Positions 47,406 to 60,305 of a stretch of DNA of 64,000 bases are shown in pieces. The notes beneath the pieces are model-generated. The model was given only the letters and a program-made list of their open reading frames with translations. It ran no database searches and was not told the DNA's origin. Made by a program: the position numbers and the translations under genes. How positions within the stretch are numbered: the first letter of the stretch is position 1; each line of letters starts with the position of its first letter. The stretch comes from Leucoraja erinacea. Its lineage: Eukaryota. The stretch covers positions 22,630,001 through 22,694,000 of the forward strand of contig NC_073401.1 of NCBI RefSeq assembly GCF_028641065.1. Reading direction: 5' to 3'.

Positions 47406-49829
47406 TGGTGGTGGGGGTGGGAGTGGGGGGGGGGTGTAAAGATTCAGATTCAGAATCAATTTTAATTGTCATTGTCAGTGTACAGTACAGAGACAACGAA
47501 ATGCATTAGCGTTTACTAACTAGCGTGTGCAGTGTATTGTGCTTGCGCTTCTTCCTTGAGTTTTTGATAAGATCCCTCTATCCTTATCCGCAGTCACTAC
47601 CCGCGTATTTCCCATTCTCCTTCCACAAATGGCCCCCATCCATCACCGACACGAGTGACGGCCATTTATCACTCGCTAAGTACAGGAAAAACACTCGGAA
47701 ACGTGAAGGCTCACTAGAGCGCCAAAGAGCGTGCGGATCATGTCGTGACCACTAAACACGGGGTAATTGGGTGTAGATTTGCTTTCGCTATTTTGCTCTT
47801 TTTGTGCAGGTTTGTATTATTGTTGACTCTTTGCCATCAACACTTTTTGTCGCCTTTCACATATGCCCTTTCGCTTCGTGCGTTAACGCCTTACTGCGAT
47901 GTTTTCCTTTCCCACCTCCCCGACCTCCTGTGCGTGTCTCTCCTTAACGTTGCCTCTTTAAATAATCGTCTCAGACTAAGCAGGTTCCCTTTGTTCTACT
48001 CAAGCCACTTCAAACCTTTCACTGGGCCTCCCCAAAGCCACAGGTCTGTGAACGGTTGCTGGCACCTCTCGTCCTTTTTAATTGACTTTCCTTCTTAATC
48101 TCTAATAATTCAAAAATAATTCGAAAAGGTTCGCCAAAACGAACTAATGCTCCGCTCCCGGCTCCAGAAACGAAGCCCTTGTTGCTAGCAGCAACTGACA
48201 TTTGAAGAAATGCATCTTTTACATTAAAAAAATATGACGAGCGCTCGGTATCCGAGCAACGGGAAAAGTATCCACTGTTGTCATGGCGTTTCTCTATCCT
48301 TTGTTTGAATTGAAGGGTTCTTTATCTTATTGAAGACTGGGAAGCTTTCAGAAATTAGGTTTCCGTCGCAACAAATCTGGACTAAACCTGGGAGAGCAAA
48401 CTTGCAGATTTCCCTCCCTACAACCCCCCCCCCCCTCCCAGGCCACTCCTCCCTCACCAACATTCAACAGTTCAAACTCCCCTCCCCGCGGCCACTCTTG
48501 CTTCCCCTCACTGGTATCGAAGTCTATTCTGTTTATCTGAAGCGTTCGGGCTGACACTAGTTGGCTAAAGTAACAGTTTATTTTGGGAAGAAAAGCAAAG
48601 ATCGTGGGATGCAAGCAAGTAGCAGTAACTAACAAAGCGGAACAAGCTATTCTATTACCCAGTGTGATTTAGGTGGAGGGTCATAGCTAAGAAAGTCTTG
48701 TTTGTTCCCGTTATGACCGTGTTCTTCACCCAGTGACCCACACTGACAACAACTTGAATCTCCCGTGTTTCTAAATTCAGTATTTCTTTTATTGTTCCAC
48801 AGCTGCAAATCGTCCTTATCACCACTCCCCCATCCCAACCTTATCTCTGGTTATCCTCTCTAAGCTCCGTTTCTCTGTTGCTGAAGGTGGTGACTCAGCA
48901 CGCACAGAGCTGTGGTTTTCAAGGTCTCATTGTGAATGTCATTTTCTCAATGATTCTGCGGAAGAAGCGAAACCGTGGATCGACAAATCCTATCACTAAT
49001 GTGAAATCTAGTGAAATAAAATATACTGAATGTTAAAATGTACTGAGTTGGCGGTGAGTTTCCCCACCCTCGGTGTATATAGACTGGCTTATGCAGTCAG
49101 GCATTTTGTTACATGCCTAAGCCACCACAACAAGTGATCAAGACCCATAAAACCGCAACTTGTATAATTAGAAAAGCTGATACATGATGGTCCCATGGAT
49201 GGTAAGGAGCATTAGTTCCTCTTCTCCCACGAACAGTGTATGTGAATGCAGATATTTTTTTACTTAATGTCAGCAACACATACATATATTTCTCCGAATA
49301 TTAATGTTGTAAAACTTCAGAAATAGTTCAATACATTAGTTTAATTCTCCTCACTTTTATGCCTCAACAGCTTTATGTAAGGCTCTCCCTTCAGTAGCGT
49401 CACACATATTTCTTAACCCCTTTGTTCTTCTAAATCGAAGGACTGAAAAGGTTTCTCCTGATCCTTTGTGCATCCTGTGGCGGATTCCTCCAATTGGTTC
49501 CCACTGTTTCATTACAATTGTCCCAGCAGTAAATGAAACAAACAGCCTTGTATATCATAAATCCAAATTCTTTATTTTTTTCAAACACGTATCCGGGTCC
49601 GTTGTGTTACTCATTGGTGCTTTCTCGCATTTGTTTCCCCCCCCCCCCCCCAAACCTTCAGGACTGACACCAATGCACCAAAGTAAATGTGGCGTTTTTA
49701 TCATCTCAATTCACCAACCATCGCCTCTCAGTTAGTTTAACACATTAACTTTGATAAGTTCAGAGGCTCATTTCTGTAAACATATTGTTATCGTTGATCC
49801 TTGAAACATGAACTAATTTGGGAACTTTA

Positions 49830-50255
49830 ATCTAAATTCTGAACACACTGGAGACTTGTTTTAGGTGATCCCCCATGACAGAGGCCAGAACTGATGGTGT
49901 TACAGAATGGATGTGTCAATGATGCACGGTACATACAAACAGAGCTCTTAATAATATGACCATTTCTTAGTACCATAATGACAATTTCCCCCCCATTTGT
50001 AAGTGTTTTAAACAGCAACTCGTATATAGGTATCTCATAATTCCTGCAACAAAAGACTTCGATGTTTGTTTTTGCGGAAACTTGTCGTTATTTTTTACAG
50101 GAACACCCACACTCTCCCCAACCAGCCAACGTCCCGTAATATATCCTGGTCTAGAATATGATGAATGATCCTGATTAGGTATAGCCTGAACCTTTGTTAT
50201 CTCCGCATTGACACCATAGATGATGGTGTCTTTAATGACACCAGTCAGCACTGAG
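49830..50255 (-). mobile_element. Old LINE APE-endonuclease remnant
   Basis: ...RPGYITGRWLVGESVGVPVKNN and SSVCMYRAS resemble the APE motifs PGY..R..GGGV..YVK and GVCYRPP. Confidence 0.4.
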
Positions 50256-51349
50256 GCTGGGTTTGTGCCACATGCTCGTTTGTTAGAATTGTGCTTTGCA
50301 TTCTGTAATGTACCAAGACTGGAGATGAATTTATGTGGGCAGTCAAGTTTGGAAATTATTTGTCACAATCTCTTTCAATTGTTGGAGTCAAACTGCAAGA
50401 AACGTCTACGTATAGAGTTGTCGTTGCTAACTGCGTTTCAGCTCCAGTGTCGCCTGATCGTTTGTCCTCGGTCGAAGTCATTATCAACCTTGATTTGGGA
50501 ACAGTTCAGCCACTCGGGAGAGTTCAACTTCAGTTCAGCCACTTAAAAGATATGATTCAGGGGAATCCTGGTATTCGGTTTCGCTGTAGCAGAAAGCACG
50601 GTGACCCCTCCCAAATGAAGAACTACATTTATAACAACTTGGACATGAATCTTGAAAAATTGCGCCAAAACATGGTGTGTACTGACTGTCTCAGATCTCG
50701 GTGCACTATTCTGAACTCAGACTGTGCCTATGTCTAGTAATACTTTTACTGAACAGCAAAAAAAGGAATTTCACTTTACCTCGGTACATGTGACAATAAA
50801 GTACCATTGAACCAGTGAACGTTCCTCAATGGAATTTGTCTTACTTGAAAGATGATCATTATTGCATATTCCCCGAGATCGTCCATAAAGTTATCCTCTG
50901 CCCGGGTGTGGGGGAGTTGAAGCTGTGAATTTCCATCCCAGGGTTTAGACCTGTAGCGGGGAGGCCGAACTAATTCAGAGTTTAGCTGTTTTTCAGTTTA
51001 CATATGTTCTTCTGAGCTGATGGGCCGGTGATAGGGACGAGCCTGTCCTATATAGAGTGCTGTGAGATGGTCAAAAATGCACCTTGCAGGCACTATTGGC
51101 TTGAGAGGTTATGTTGTTATCTTTCCAGTGTGTGTTGACTGCCGTGTGCATTTGTGTCTCCCTGAAAAGCGAAAGAAAAGTACATTTATATTACTGGAGT
51201 GAGTGACATTGACAGTTGTCATTGCACTTCCTTTGGTCTCATTCCTGCCACAGGACTCAATACATGTCTTTCCATGTTTCTGTCCGCAATCAATTCTCGC
51301 ACTTCTTCATGAGACGTTCTGAGACGTTCTTCGTGAGACGTCATGAGAC

Positions 51350-51700
51350 ATGAGAGGTTGGACAGGCTAGATGCAGGAAGATTGTTCCCGATGTTGGGGA
51401 AGTCCAGAACAAGGGGTCCCAGTTTAAGGATAAGGGGGAAAGTCTTTTAGGACCGAGATGGGAAAAAACTTGAATGTCTGGAACTCTCTGCCACAGAAGG
51501 TAGTTGAGGCCAGTTCGTTGTCTATATTTAAGAGGGAGTTAGATGTGGCCCTTGTGGCTAAAGGGATCAGGGGGTATGGAGAGAAGGCAGGTACAGGATA
51601 CTGAGTTGGATGACCAGCCATGATTATATTGAATGGCGGTGCAGGCTCGAAGGGCCGAATGGCCTACTCCTGCACCTATTTTCTATGTTTCTATGTTTCC
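51350..51700 (+). mobile_element. CR1-like LINE 3' end with (ttctatgt)n tail
   Basis: Near-identical copy at 62632-62935. Confidence 0.85.
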
Positions 51701-52282
51701 TGGTCCCTTAACTCTTCCCACAATTGTTAATTATTAATTTTCCTAATCCTTGCGTTAACTTATAAAGGGTCGGATCAAACTGAGAGTTCAAAATGTGGAC
51801 ACTGCAAAGCACCGGGGAGCGAGCAAGATACCTTGATACTTTATCCCGGAGACAGTCGCACCTCTTAGACTAAATAGAGTAGAGCTGGCCAGTCACGGTG
51901 GACATAATAGTGTGAGTACCAGTGAGGCCAGTATATGGATAGAGACAGTAGCGATGGAAGAACCTCAACACGTATGAGGTTGTTGTAGCCTGAGGGATGA
52001 GTCCAGGAGGATGAGCAATCCGGTTGCACGGAGCGCATTTAATTAGAGGGGACTGAAAATGACCGTGATTGTAATTGTGGCAGTGGCATCCCCAGCCCTC
52101 CCCTCTAGAGATACCACTCAACGCAGCTGTGAGACCCAAACATTATGCTGCCTACCCACAGGATATTTTCTTGTGTCTGGACTTGACAGGAGAGGAGGTT
52201 GGTGAAAGGGGTAAGCGCTATTTCTCATGGTCCGTGTGACACGGATAAGACAGAAAAGCAGGTTCTGCTGAAGGAATGTGCA

Positions 52283-53035
52283 TGAAGGAACTGCAGATAC
52301 TGGTTTAAACCGAAGATAGATATAAAGTGCTGGAGTAACATTTGGACAGCATCTCTGGAGGGAAATAATGGGTGACATTTCGGGTCGAGACCTTTCTTCA
52401 GATTGATGTTCGGGTAGAGGGAGAAACATATATAAGGAGGTGTTAGGTGTGAAAACAACAGGACATCAAGATCAAGGAAAAAGTAGAATGGATCAATGTT
52501 AGCTGGGAATAAGTAACAACAAAACAAACTGAGATGTCGGAGACAACAGGACTGGTCGGAGAACAGTGAAGGGGGAGGGATGGAGAGAGAACGAAAGCAA
52601 GGGTTATTTGAAGTTAGAGAAGTCAATGTTCATAGGGAAATATGAGGCGCTGTTCCTCCAATTTACACTGGGCCTCACTCTGTCAATGGAGGAGGCCCAG
52701 GTCAGTGTGGGAATGGGAGGGGGAGATAAAGTGTTTAGCAACCGGGAGATTGGGTAGGTTTAGGCGGACTGAGGGAGGTGTTCAGCGAAACGATCGCCGA
52801 GCCTGCGCTTGGTCTCGCCCACCTCGCCCAAGCGGCCCCGACAGTCATTTTCAGGTGAGGCAGAGGTTCACTTGCACCGCAGTGGATGCAACGCCTGTCT
52901 CTATACGTCCCTCCTCGACTCCGTCCACGGGACCCCGACAGTAGTTTCATGTGAGGCAGAGGTTCACCAGCACCTCCTCCAAACTCATCTACTGTATCCG
53001 CTGTTCCAGGTGTGGACTCCTGTATATCGGAGAGT
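52283..53035. mobile_element. Penelope-like 3' fragment (minus, 52283-52820) joined to inverted GIY-YIG fragments (plus, 52845-53035)
   Basis: Terminal segment with hammerhead-like core at 52371-52404; FQVRQRFTCT and [18 protein letters not shown] remnants. Confidence 0.8.
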
Positions 53036-53459
53036 CCCAAGACGTTTTTCTTTCAGAAGAAGCTGCTTAAGTTGCTGGATGCTTTCAGCATTTTCTATCC
53101 AGAATTGCGGAAATCTTACCGATGATGTTGCAATTAAGGGGCTTTATAGAAAAGTTATCATTGTAAGATTTAAAAAAAATATATATATATTTATATTGTT
53201 AGCGATTTTAGTTAAATTTGAAACCAGTAGTTTATATCTGTGAAAGAAAACGGCAAAGGCATGCGGTGCAATCATATTAAAGAGAGATACAGCATCAATA
53301 CGAGTTCCGAAACTCCATGGGGCAGTGTGAGTGGTGCCGGGTGCTGGGCTCCGGGATACATCCTGCCCGGTGTGGTAAGTGTGGCCATTGTTGAGGAATG
53401 TCAGCACCTGCTTTGTGTTGACGAACCACCTGGGTCCTATGGTCTCACTCTCCACTTCC

Positions 53460-53918
53460 TCTTTGATATGATGGGAGCTGCTGTCTACTCCTCTCCCCCT
53501 ACCAACCCTCACGGTCCCTCAGATCCACATCAGCCGGTCTCCTCTCCATCCACAAGCCCAACCTCCGCAGTTTTGGGGACAGAGCCTTCTCCAGGGCAAC
53601 TCCCAGGCTCTGGAACTCCCTCCCCCAACTGATCCGCAATTCCGTGTCCCTCACCATCTTCCAGTCCCGCCTCAAGACCCATCTCTTCACCTCTGCCTAT
53701 CCTTAGCCCCACGTCCCCCTCCCTTTTCATATGTGCATTAATTGCCTCATATTGTGTTTTGTATTGAATTCTGTCTTTACTTTGTGTACTAGTCTTGTCT
53801 CTACTATTTATTTCATTCCCCTTACATGTTTTTCCTCTACCTGCTAAATATTTGTAAGGTGTCCTTGAGACTCTTGAAAGGCGCCCATAAATAAAATGTA
53901 TTATTATTATTATTATTA
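53460..53918 (+). mobile_element. L2-clade LINE 3' end
   Basis: GDRAFSRATPRLWNSLP..SRLKTHLF C-terminus, AATAAA and an (ATT)n tail. Confidence 0.8.
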
Positions 53919-56900
53919 CTCCCTTTCTCTGTCCAACTCGTGTAATTAGAGCGTTGGGGTTGGGTTTTCTTTGGCCTGGCAGACCACCAATCTTAACATC
54001 TTCCAGATCCATGGCAGGATGAACACTCCAGTTTTAATGAAATGTCATATTTTAAGGGAAGATGTTGCCGATATCTCTGTTATACTCAATAGGCCGTAGT
54101 TCGCTTCTGCCAGGCGGACCACGAGGCGATATTGGGACTTGAGGTTTATATCTAAATGTCCAAACCTTGTTTCGTCAGACGGTTAATAGTTGCACCGGAT
54201 AATTTAAGCAATGGTAATTTTAATTGTCCATGAGAGGTGACTCCCTAGAAGTGGAGGGTAGTTCGCGGTTTCCAGGGTCGCTCTGCTGTCCTTCATTGTC
54301 AGATGTGGGGGCTGCAGAGATGGCTGGTTTGGGTAGGATGGTAGAGGACCTGTTCTGTCAAAGTTTAATTCAAGGTCCATCTCCTCACATTTTGGTGAAA
54401 GCCCCCCTAGTGATAGTGTAAAACGTGCCTCTGATGTGTACGTCTGTCTCGCTGGGTCAACGAAGTTGGACACGGTGGGTCGGGCAGCATCTCAGGAGAA
54501 AAGGAATAGGTGAAGCTGCGGATCGAGACCCTTCTTCGCTGGGTTAATGCACCTGCTGCTGGACTCATTTCCCCGTGATCTAGTTAATCCTAATTCCACG
54601 GATTAACGTTCACCCATCACGCCAATTGACTGAATCCTAGAATACTCTTCCCTGTTTACAAATCCATGCCCTCCCTCCCTACCCTGCTCTCTCCAATTTC
54701 CAGAAGCGCCCGAATTATCTACTGGCCTAACCTCTTTATCATCCCGAATCTAACATCGTCAGCATTGGCAGGACTGCCTTCAATCCCATCTGTTATAAAC
54801 TCTGGAATTCGTTCCCGAAACCTCTCTGCGCTTTAAATTTCACCTCTTCCCCCAAACGTTGTCCGTCTGTTCCAGCGGCGTGGGGATTTGAATTAGATAG
54901 ATCACGAAAAAATCAACCCGAACCACGCCCTTGCCAACCCAACCCGTGAGTTTCTATGTGGATTACTGTGAGAGTACTGCAGTGGATTGCTGAGTACTGC
55001 TTTGAAGTTCTATGTTACAAACCCCTCGCATGTTGCATGACCCCACAACCATCATTTCCCCCGAGCAAACATTTTAGGAAGTGGGGACTGAGCACTAATT
55101 TGGAGTATGAGTGCGTGGGTATAAAATGGAGATTCAGCCTGCTAGATAAAACAGGGCAAGATTTCACCGGTGAGGTGGAAAACGCTCGTGTTTTTTCTTG
55201 GTAAGGAAAACGAATTCCTACCGTCTTCTCTCATAGAAACCAAGGGGAAGAGAGGTCATTTGCAAGTTGAACACTTCATTAACAGAAATTATTGAGGTCG
55301 AGCAAATTAATTAACAGAGCACATAATCCCTTCGCCGAGCCTCCGTTGGAAGAGGAATAATGGAGTGGGGGCAGAAAATCTCCTCTATTGACGTGCCTGT
55401 TTCAAGATCGCTTGACATCTCAGCCAAATCCACATGCCTTGGCGGCTGCTAGGTGACGGCTCGATTAACAGCGCTCATCAAATTAAATAGAGAGGCTAAG
55501 AAATCGTTTTGTTTTAATATAGATAAATGTGAGATGATACACGGTAGCATCGAAAACATTGAACCTGCACACAATCAGTTTCCATTAGCGAAAATGCAGA
55601 GGACTGTGGTTATTAACCGTTCACTACAATTATCCAAACAGGCTTCTTAACTTCGGGGTTAGTTAAGCGCTGCGATGCATCTCACAATGTTGGAGCCCTG
55701 CCTTCGACAACCTGGATGGAGGGCGTTCTTTGGTTGGGGTGATGGGGTGGGAAGGGTGTTTACAGCTGGCTTCCCGTACTGGTTACGAACATGTAGAAGC
55801 ACGAATACTTGATGAACTTGCTGCCTGGTGCGACTCGCTTTTATCATATCTTCCGCTTGGGAAAAACACACCGTTAAAGGATTTGGCCAGGGATGCTGGT
55901 AAAGCCCCATCTTGTAAATTGAGGCTTGTACTCAAAATGGCAACGTCTGAAACACGTACTCTAACAGACGCCAATCTCCTGGCCAGGATTACGCCTTTGG
56001 AATAATAGCGGGAGCTTTGCTCGATTGTTATTGCGAACTGTGGGCGATTTTCCTATTTCATTATTGTTTTTTTATTTCTCCTACAGTCGGGAACTGCATC
56101 TCCATCGGAAAATTAAACGAAATGGCGCAAAGAACGCAATGGCCCGAGGGAATTGGTTACGCCGATGGTCTTTTACAGTCTAAACTAGGCTGTGCTACTT
56201 AGTATTCAAATGTCCCTTAAAAGGCAGTTTTGTTTCATTTGACGAGGATAGACAATGCAAAACCGTAACACAGCGCAGGAACGTTTGTCAGACCCCTCCC
56301 TATTGCGGCAGCGAACGGTTTCGTTTAAATAATGCCCTGGGGTACATTGTTGCAAAGATTATCCCGTGATGCTAAGTTTATGGTAGTTGGACAGATAGCG
56401 TTCAGAGATTGTGAAGGAAGGAACTGCAGATGCTGGTTTACACCGAAGATAGATACAAAAGGCTGGAGTAACTCAGCGGGACAGGCAGCATCTCTGGAGA
56501 TATTGAATGGGTGACGTTTGGGTGGCGAGATCCTTGACCCGAAACGTCACCCATTCCTTCTCTTCAGAGATTGAGAGATTGTGGCAACGGGGATCTGACT
56601 TTGAGTGGGAGTTGAGGCCGCGGAGCAAATCAGCCATGATTACATTGAAAAGCAGGGCAGGTTTGAAGGAGTAAGCAAGTGGCCGATCCCTAGTCGTATT
56701 TCCTTGCGCTCTGCAGTTTGGAAGGTGGGTTGGAGCGGTAAACTGGGATAAGTAGTGCCATTGGGGAAATTGCGCTGCTGCTGTGATGGGTTACTTTAAC
56801 GTTGCCTGCCTGCTTTCGGTTCCAGCTGTCGAGTATAAATAATGGACGGCTAATGCGATTCTCCCCCGTTGCCCAAAGTTGCCACCTCCCCACAGTCGAG

Positions 56901-57666
56901 TGTGCATTGGAATGTCTTCTGGTTGCAACATTGCTTTCCCCTCACTGGCAAGAGCAGATGAGTTGGTTAAGTCATTGTCAAGTCCTTGTGCGCTGCGGGG
57001 GTTTCTGATGATGCATTTAGCCAGAACACGTGAGGCGAGGCTTGTGGACAAGCAAGGGATCAGACTGGAAGGGGGCCAGCGTAGAATGGCTTGTTTCCTG
57101 GCTACCACCAGCATCTCCGGTAACCAGGGCGACGGGACGTCCTCTCACCAGCAATCCCGCGCAAGCCTCCCCCCCCTCGGAGAGCCACGTGACCGCTCAC
57201 ATTGTGCATTTATTACTTTCACATTCAAAGATAAAAGACCAAATGGAGAGGGGGGTGGGGGGGGGGGCGAGTCATGGGAACGGTTTGTTGGCGAGAGTTC
57301 TCACCACCAACTCACATAAATGATCCCAACGCCTCTCCAACGCTTCGCAGCGCAAGGTTGAGAGCAGCGCTGTCAGTGTGATATGAGGCAGTCACAGGAC
57401 TTTGGCAAATCTATGTAGAAAAACACATCTGACTAGATTACGATGCCGCTGCAGCAATTGACCTCAGTCATTGCCCCAACACTGTCCCAGGATGATACAG
57501 CGCCGTCTCCGCCACATTCATCCACCCCCCACATTGAAATCATAACATGCCGGGAAACCCCTGCAATTCAGGCAGCATCTGCGGGAAGAGAAGCCGTTAA
57601 CGTTTCGCGTCGACAGCACTTTTTAATTCCCATTGGTCACCATCCCTACTTTCACCGCTCCAGTAA

Positions 57667-57866
57667 CCCCTGCCCCACTTAGGAAACCTGAACGGAAACC
57701 TCTGGAGACTTTGCGCCCCACCCAAGGTTTCCGTGCGGTTCCCGGAGGTTGCAGGTGGTTGCAGGTAGTGGAAGCAGGTAGGGAGACTGACAAAAACCTC
57801 CGGGGACCGCACGGAAACCTTGGGTGGGGCGCAAAGTCTCCAGAGGTTTCCGTTCAGGTTTCTTAA
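57667..57866. mobile_element. Harbinger-like hairpin MITE
   Basis: 68-bp inverted arms at 57683-57750 and 57795-57862 with one mismatch. Left end cccctgccccactt resembles the TIR of the 18709 MITE. Confidence 0.75.
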
Positions 57867-58410
57867 AAACACACACACTCTCCAAATGTAACACTGCACG
57901 CTGAATTGTGTCTCTGCATCCTCCAAATAATATTGCCTGCATTACTATTTCCTACGTTAATATTATCTGCACTAATACTGTTTGCTTTAATACGGCCCCG
58001 GTCGTTATTAACACTGAGTGGCATCACTGCCCTGCCTCGTACATACTCAGGTATCAATATCCATCATTAATCTCACTATCTCCTCAGAGTTGCCTACTGC
58101 AGGCGCTAGATTTTTTGAACGGGACGAGAGGTGTCCGCGTTTCTGAACCATTGTTAGCAATGGGAGGGAGTGGATCAGCGCTCTGAAAATGGAGTCCGCC
58201 CTTCTTCTCTTCGACGCGAGAAAAGCGACCATCGCCTATTTGGGAAGAGTGGGGTCTCAAACCAGTCTGATGGGTTACGGAAAGTCTCGGCGCCCACTGA
58301 GTTCGCCATCGAGAACTTTAACAGGACGTAGGTGACAATAAACAGCCAAAAACAAAGTGATTCCACTCGCTGTTTAAGAAGGAACTGCAGATGCTGGAAA
58401 ATCGAAGGTA

Positions 58411-58553
58411 CACAAAAATGCTGGAGAAACTCAGCGGGTGCAGCAGCATCTATGGAGCGAAGGAAATAGGCAACGTTTCGGCACGAAACGTTGCCTATTT
58501 CCTTCGCTCCATAGATGCTGCTGCACCCGCTGAGTTTCTCCAGCATTTTTGTG
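58411..58553. repeat. Perfect 70-bp-arm palindrome made of two fused Penelope terminal segments
   Basis: 58411-58480 is the exact reverse complement of 58484-58553; loop GCA. Confidence 0.95.
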
Positions 58554-59246
58554 ATTCCAATCTCTGCCGGGCTCCAAATCTCATGCATAAAGCCAACTGC
58601 GCCTAAATAACTAATTTTAGTTTCATTAAATTATAAAAAAGAGCTAATGAATAATTATTGCACCATTAACGTCTGTGATCATCTACATTTTATAATCGAT
58701 AAAACAATCTGAAAAGAGTATTGACTAAAGCAAGTGAGTAAAGCGCCGTGTTACTTCTGGAGCAAAAGCACCGTTCTGCCCCCATCAAATTTTTCTAATG
58801 AATCAACATTTCTAATGAATTCTACAAGGCTCAGTCTACACTGACCACATAACAATGACCGGCGGGGTACTATAGAGGAAGTCCGGGCGTGAGACCGAGA
58901 TAGGGGGGAGAGTGCCCCCCCGCACTTTCACAACGCTCGCAGAAATGCCCATCGCAAACGCCATCGATCAATGTTCAAACGTTCCTCAACAATCGCTTGT
59001 GAAGTTACTTTCGGAGCGCGCTTCCAGCTCTCGATCGGTCCACTCAACGCTGTCAAACAGCTTTAGATATACAATGAACACCCCCTGTTTTCGTTTACAA
59101 TACAAATCCATTAAATAAAAAAAAAGGATTGCTTTGAATAAGCAGAATAGAAAGCTGGTGGGTTCTACGATTTCCTCGCTCCCTCCCCGTGTCCAATTCG
59201 GGTCTGTTCGGAGTAACGGGGGAGGGGGGGGGGGGGGGTACCCCGT

Positions 59247-59897
59247 TCACACGTAGTTCCTCTTGTCGTAGTCCCCGTTGGCCGAAGCTCTCCTCGGGGC
59301 CGTGTACTTGACGGCGAAGGACGACTGGTCTTGCTTCGGGGGACAGGAGCAGCAGAGCAGGGCTCCCCCGATGAAGAGGAGCGCGCTGGCGGTCCAGCCA
59401 ACGTACAGCGCCGCCCCCATCTCTCGCTTCTTGGAGACGGGGACCATGGGGTTGTAGAAGTCGCGGACGATGGTGTTGGCCGTCCAGCACACGGGGATGA
59501 GGGCGAGCAGACCGGATAGGATGAAGATGACACCTCCGCTGATGACGATCCGGGCTTTGGTTGTCACACCCTCCGTGCAGTTGGTGCACTGGGCTCCCAG
59601 GATGGTGACCAGAAGCCCGATGAGTCCCATGATGGAGGCGATGACTGTCAGCGCCCGGGCCGCCTGTTCGTCGTGTCTCAGCGACAGCAGGGAATTGTAG
59701 ACTTTGCATTGCATCTGCCCCGTGCTCTGGACCACGCAGTTCATCCACAATCCTTCCCAGAGCGTCTGGGCCACCACGATGTTACTCTCGATGAAAGCCG
59801 TTACTTTCCACATCGGCAGCCCGCAAGTCAGCATGACTCCCAGCCAACCTAGGACACACAGCCCCAGTCCCACGATCTCCAGACCAGCCGACGGCAT
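59247..59897 (-). CDS. CLDN5: Claudin-5, single coding exon, 216 aa
   Basis: W-GLW-C-C claudin signature and four hydrophobic segments. The C-tail [24 protein letters not shown] resembles CLDN5 and ends in the PDZ-binding YV. Convergent with CDC45, as at human 22q11. Confidence 0.93.
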   Translation of the reverse strand: MPSAGLEIVGLGLCVLGWLGVMLTCGLPMWKVTAFIESNIVVAQTLWEGLWMNCVVQSTGQMQCKVYNSLLSLRHDEQAARALTVIASIMGLIGLLVTILGAQCTNCTEGVTTKARIVISGGVIFILSGLLALIPVCWTANTIVRDFYNPMVPVSKKREMGAALYVGWTASALLFIGGALLCCSCPPKQDQSSFAVKYTAPRRASANGDYDKRNYV

Positions 59898-60034
59898 CCC
59901 TCAACAGTTCAGTTTCTGTCTTCGGGCGAGTTTGATCAGCGAAAGCGTCGGTCGTCAGCTCCGGTGCTCCGCTTGTGCATAGCGTCTGCTCTCTCAGCCC
60001 GTTCCGTTCAAATTGAAAAAAAGAAGGCAGTAGA

Positions 60035-60305
60035 CAGCGGACAATAAAAGCCAGCGACGGGCGGGCTGTCCAATGGCAATTTACCCCGGCCGAAGCTGAT
60101 TGCACGCAACTGATCCAAGGGCGAGCCAATGAGAACAGAAACATGCGGTTCTCACATCAAAGAGTGTGGGTGGAGGGCATTGCACAAGCCTGTTGCCTCC
60201 GACTCAGCCTGACAAAGCATCGACTTATGTGCAGTCTAACGGTGGCAGACAGTTGGGAATATCCCGCCCCCCGCCCCCCCATCTGCCGCGCCTTGGCCAA
60301 TATAT
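60035..60305 (-). promoter_or_regulatory. Putative CLDN5 proximal promoter
   Basis: SOX-like ACAAT at 60041, CCAAT motifs near 60070, 60126 and 60297, GC boxes at about 60263-60280. CpG-rich. Confidence 0.4.

Noticed and set aside
59095-59748. 217-aa alternative-frame ORF and antisense ORFs over CLDN5
   Set aside because: Expected shadow ORFs of a GC3-rich coding sequence, with no recognisable homology.
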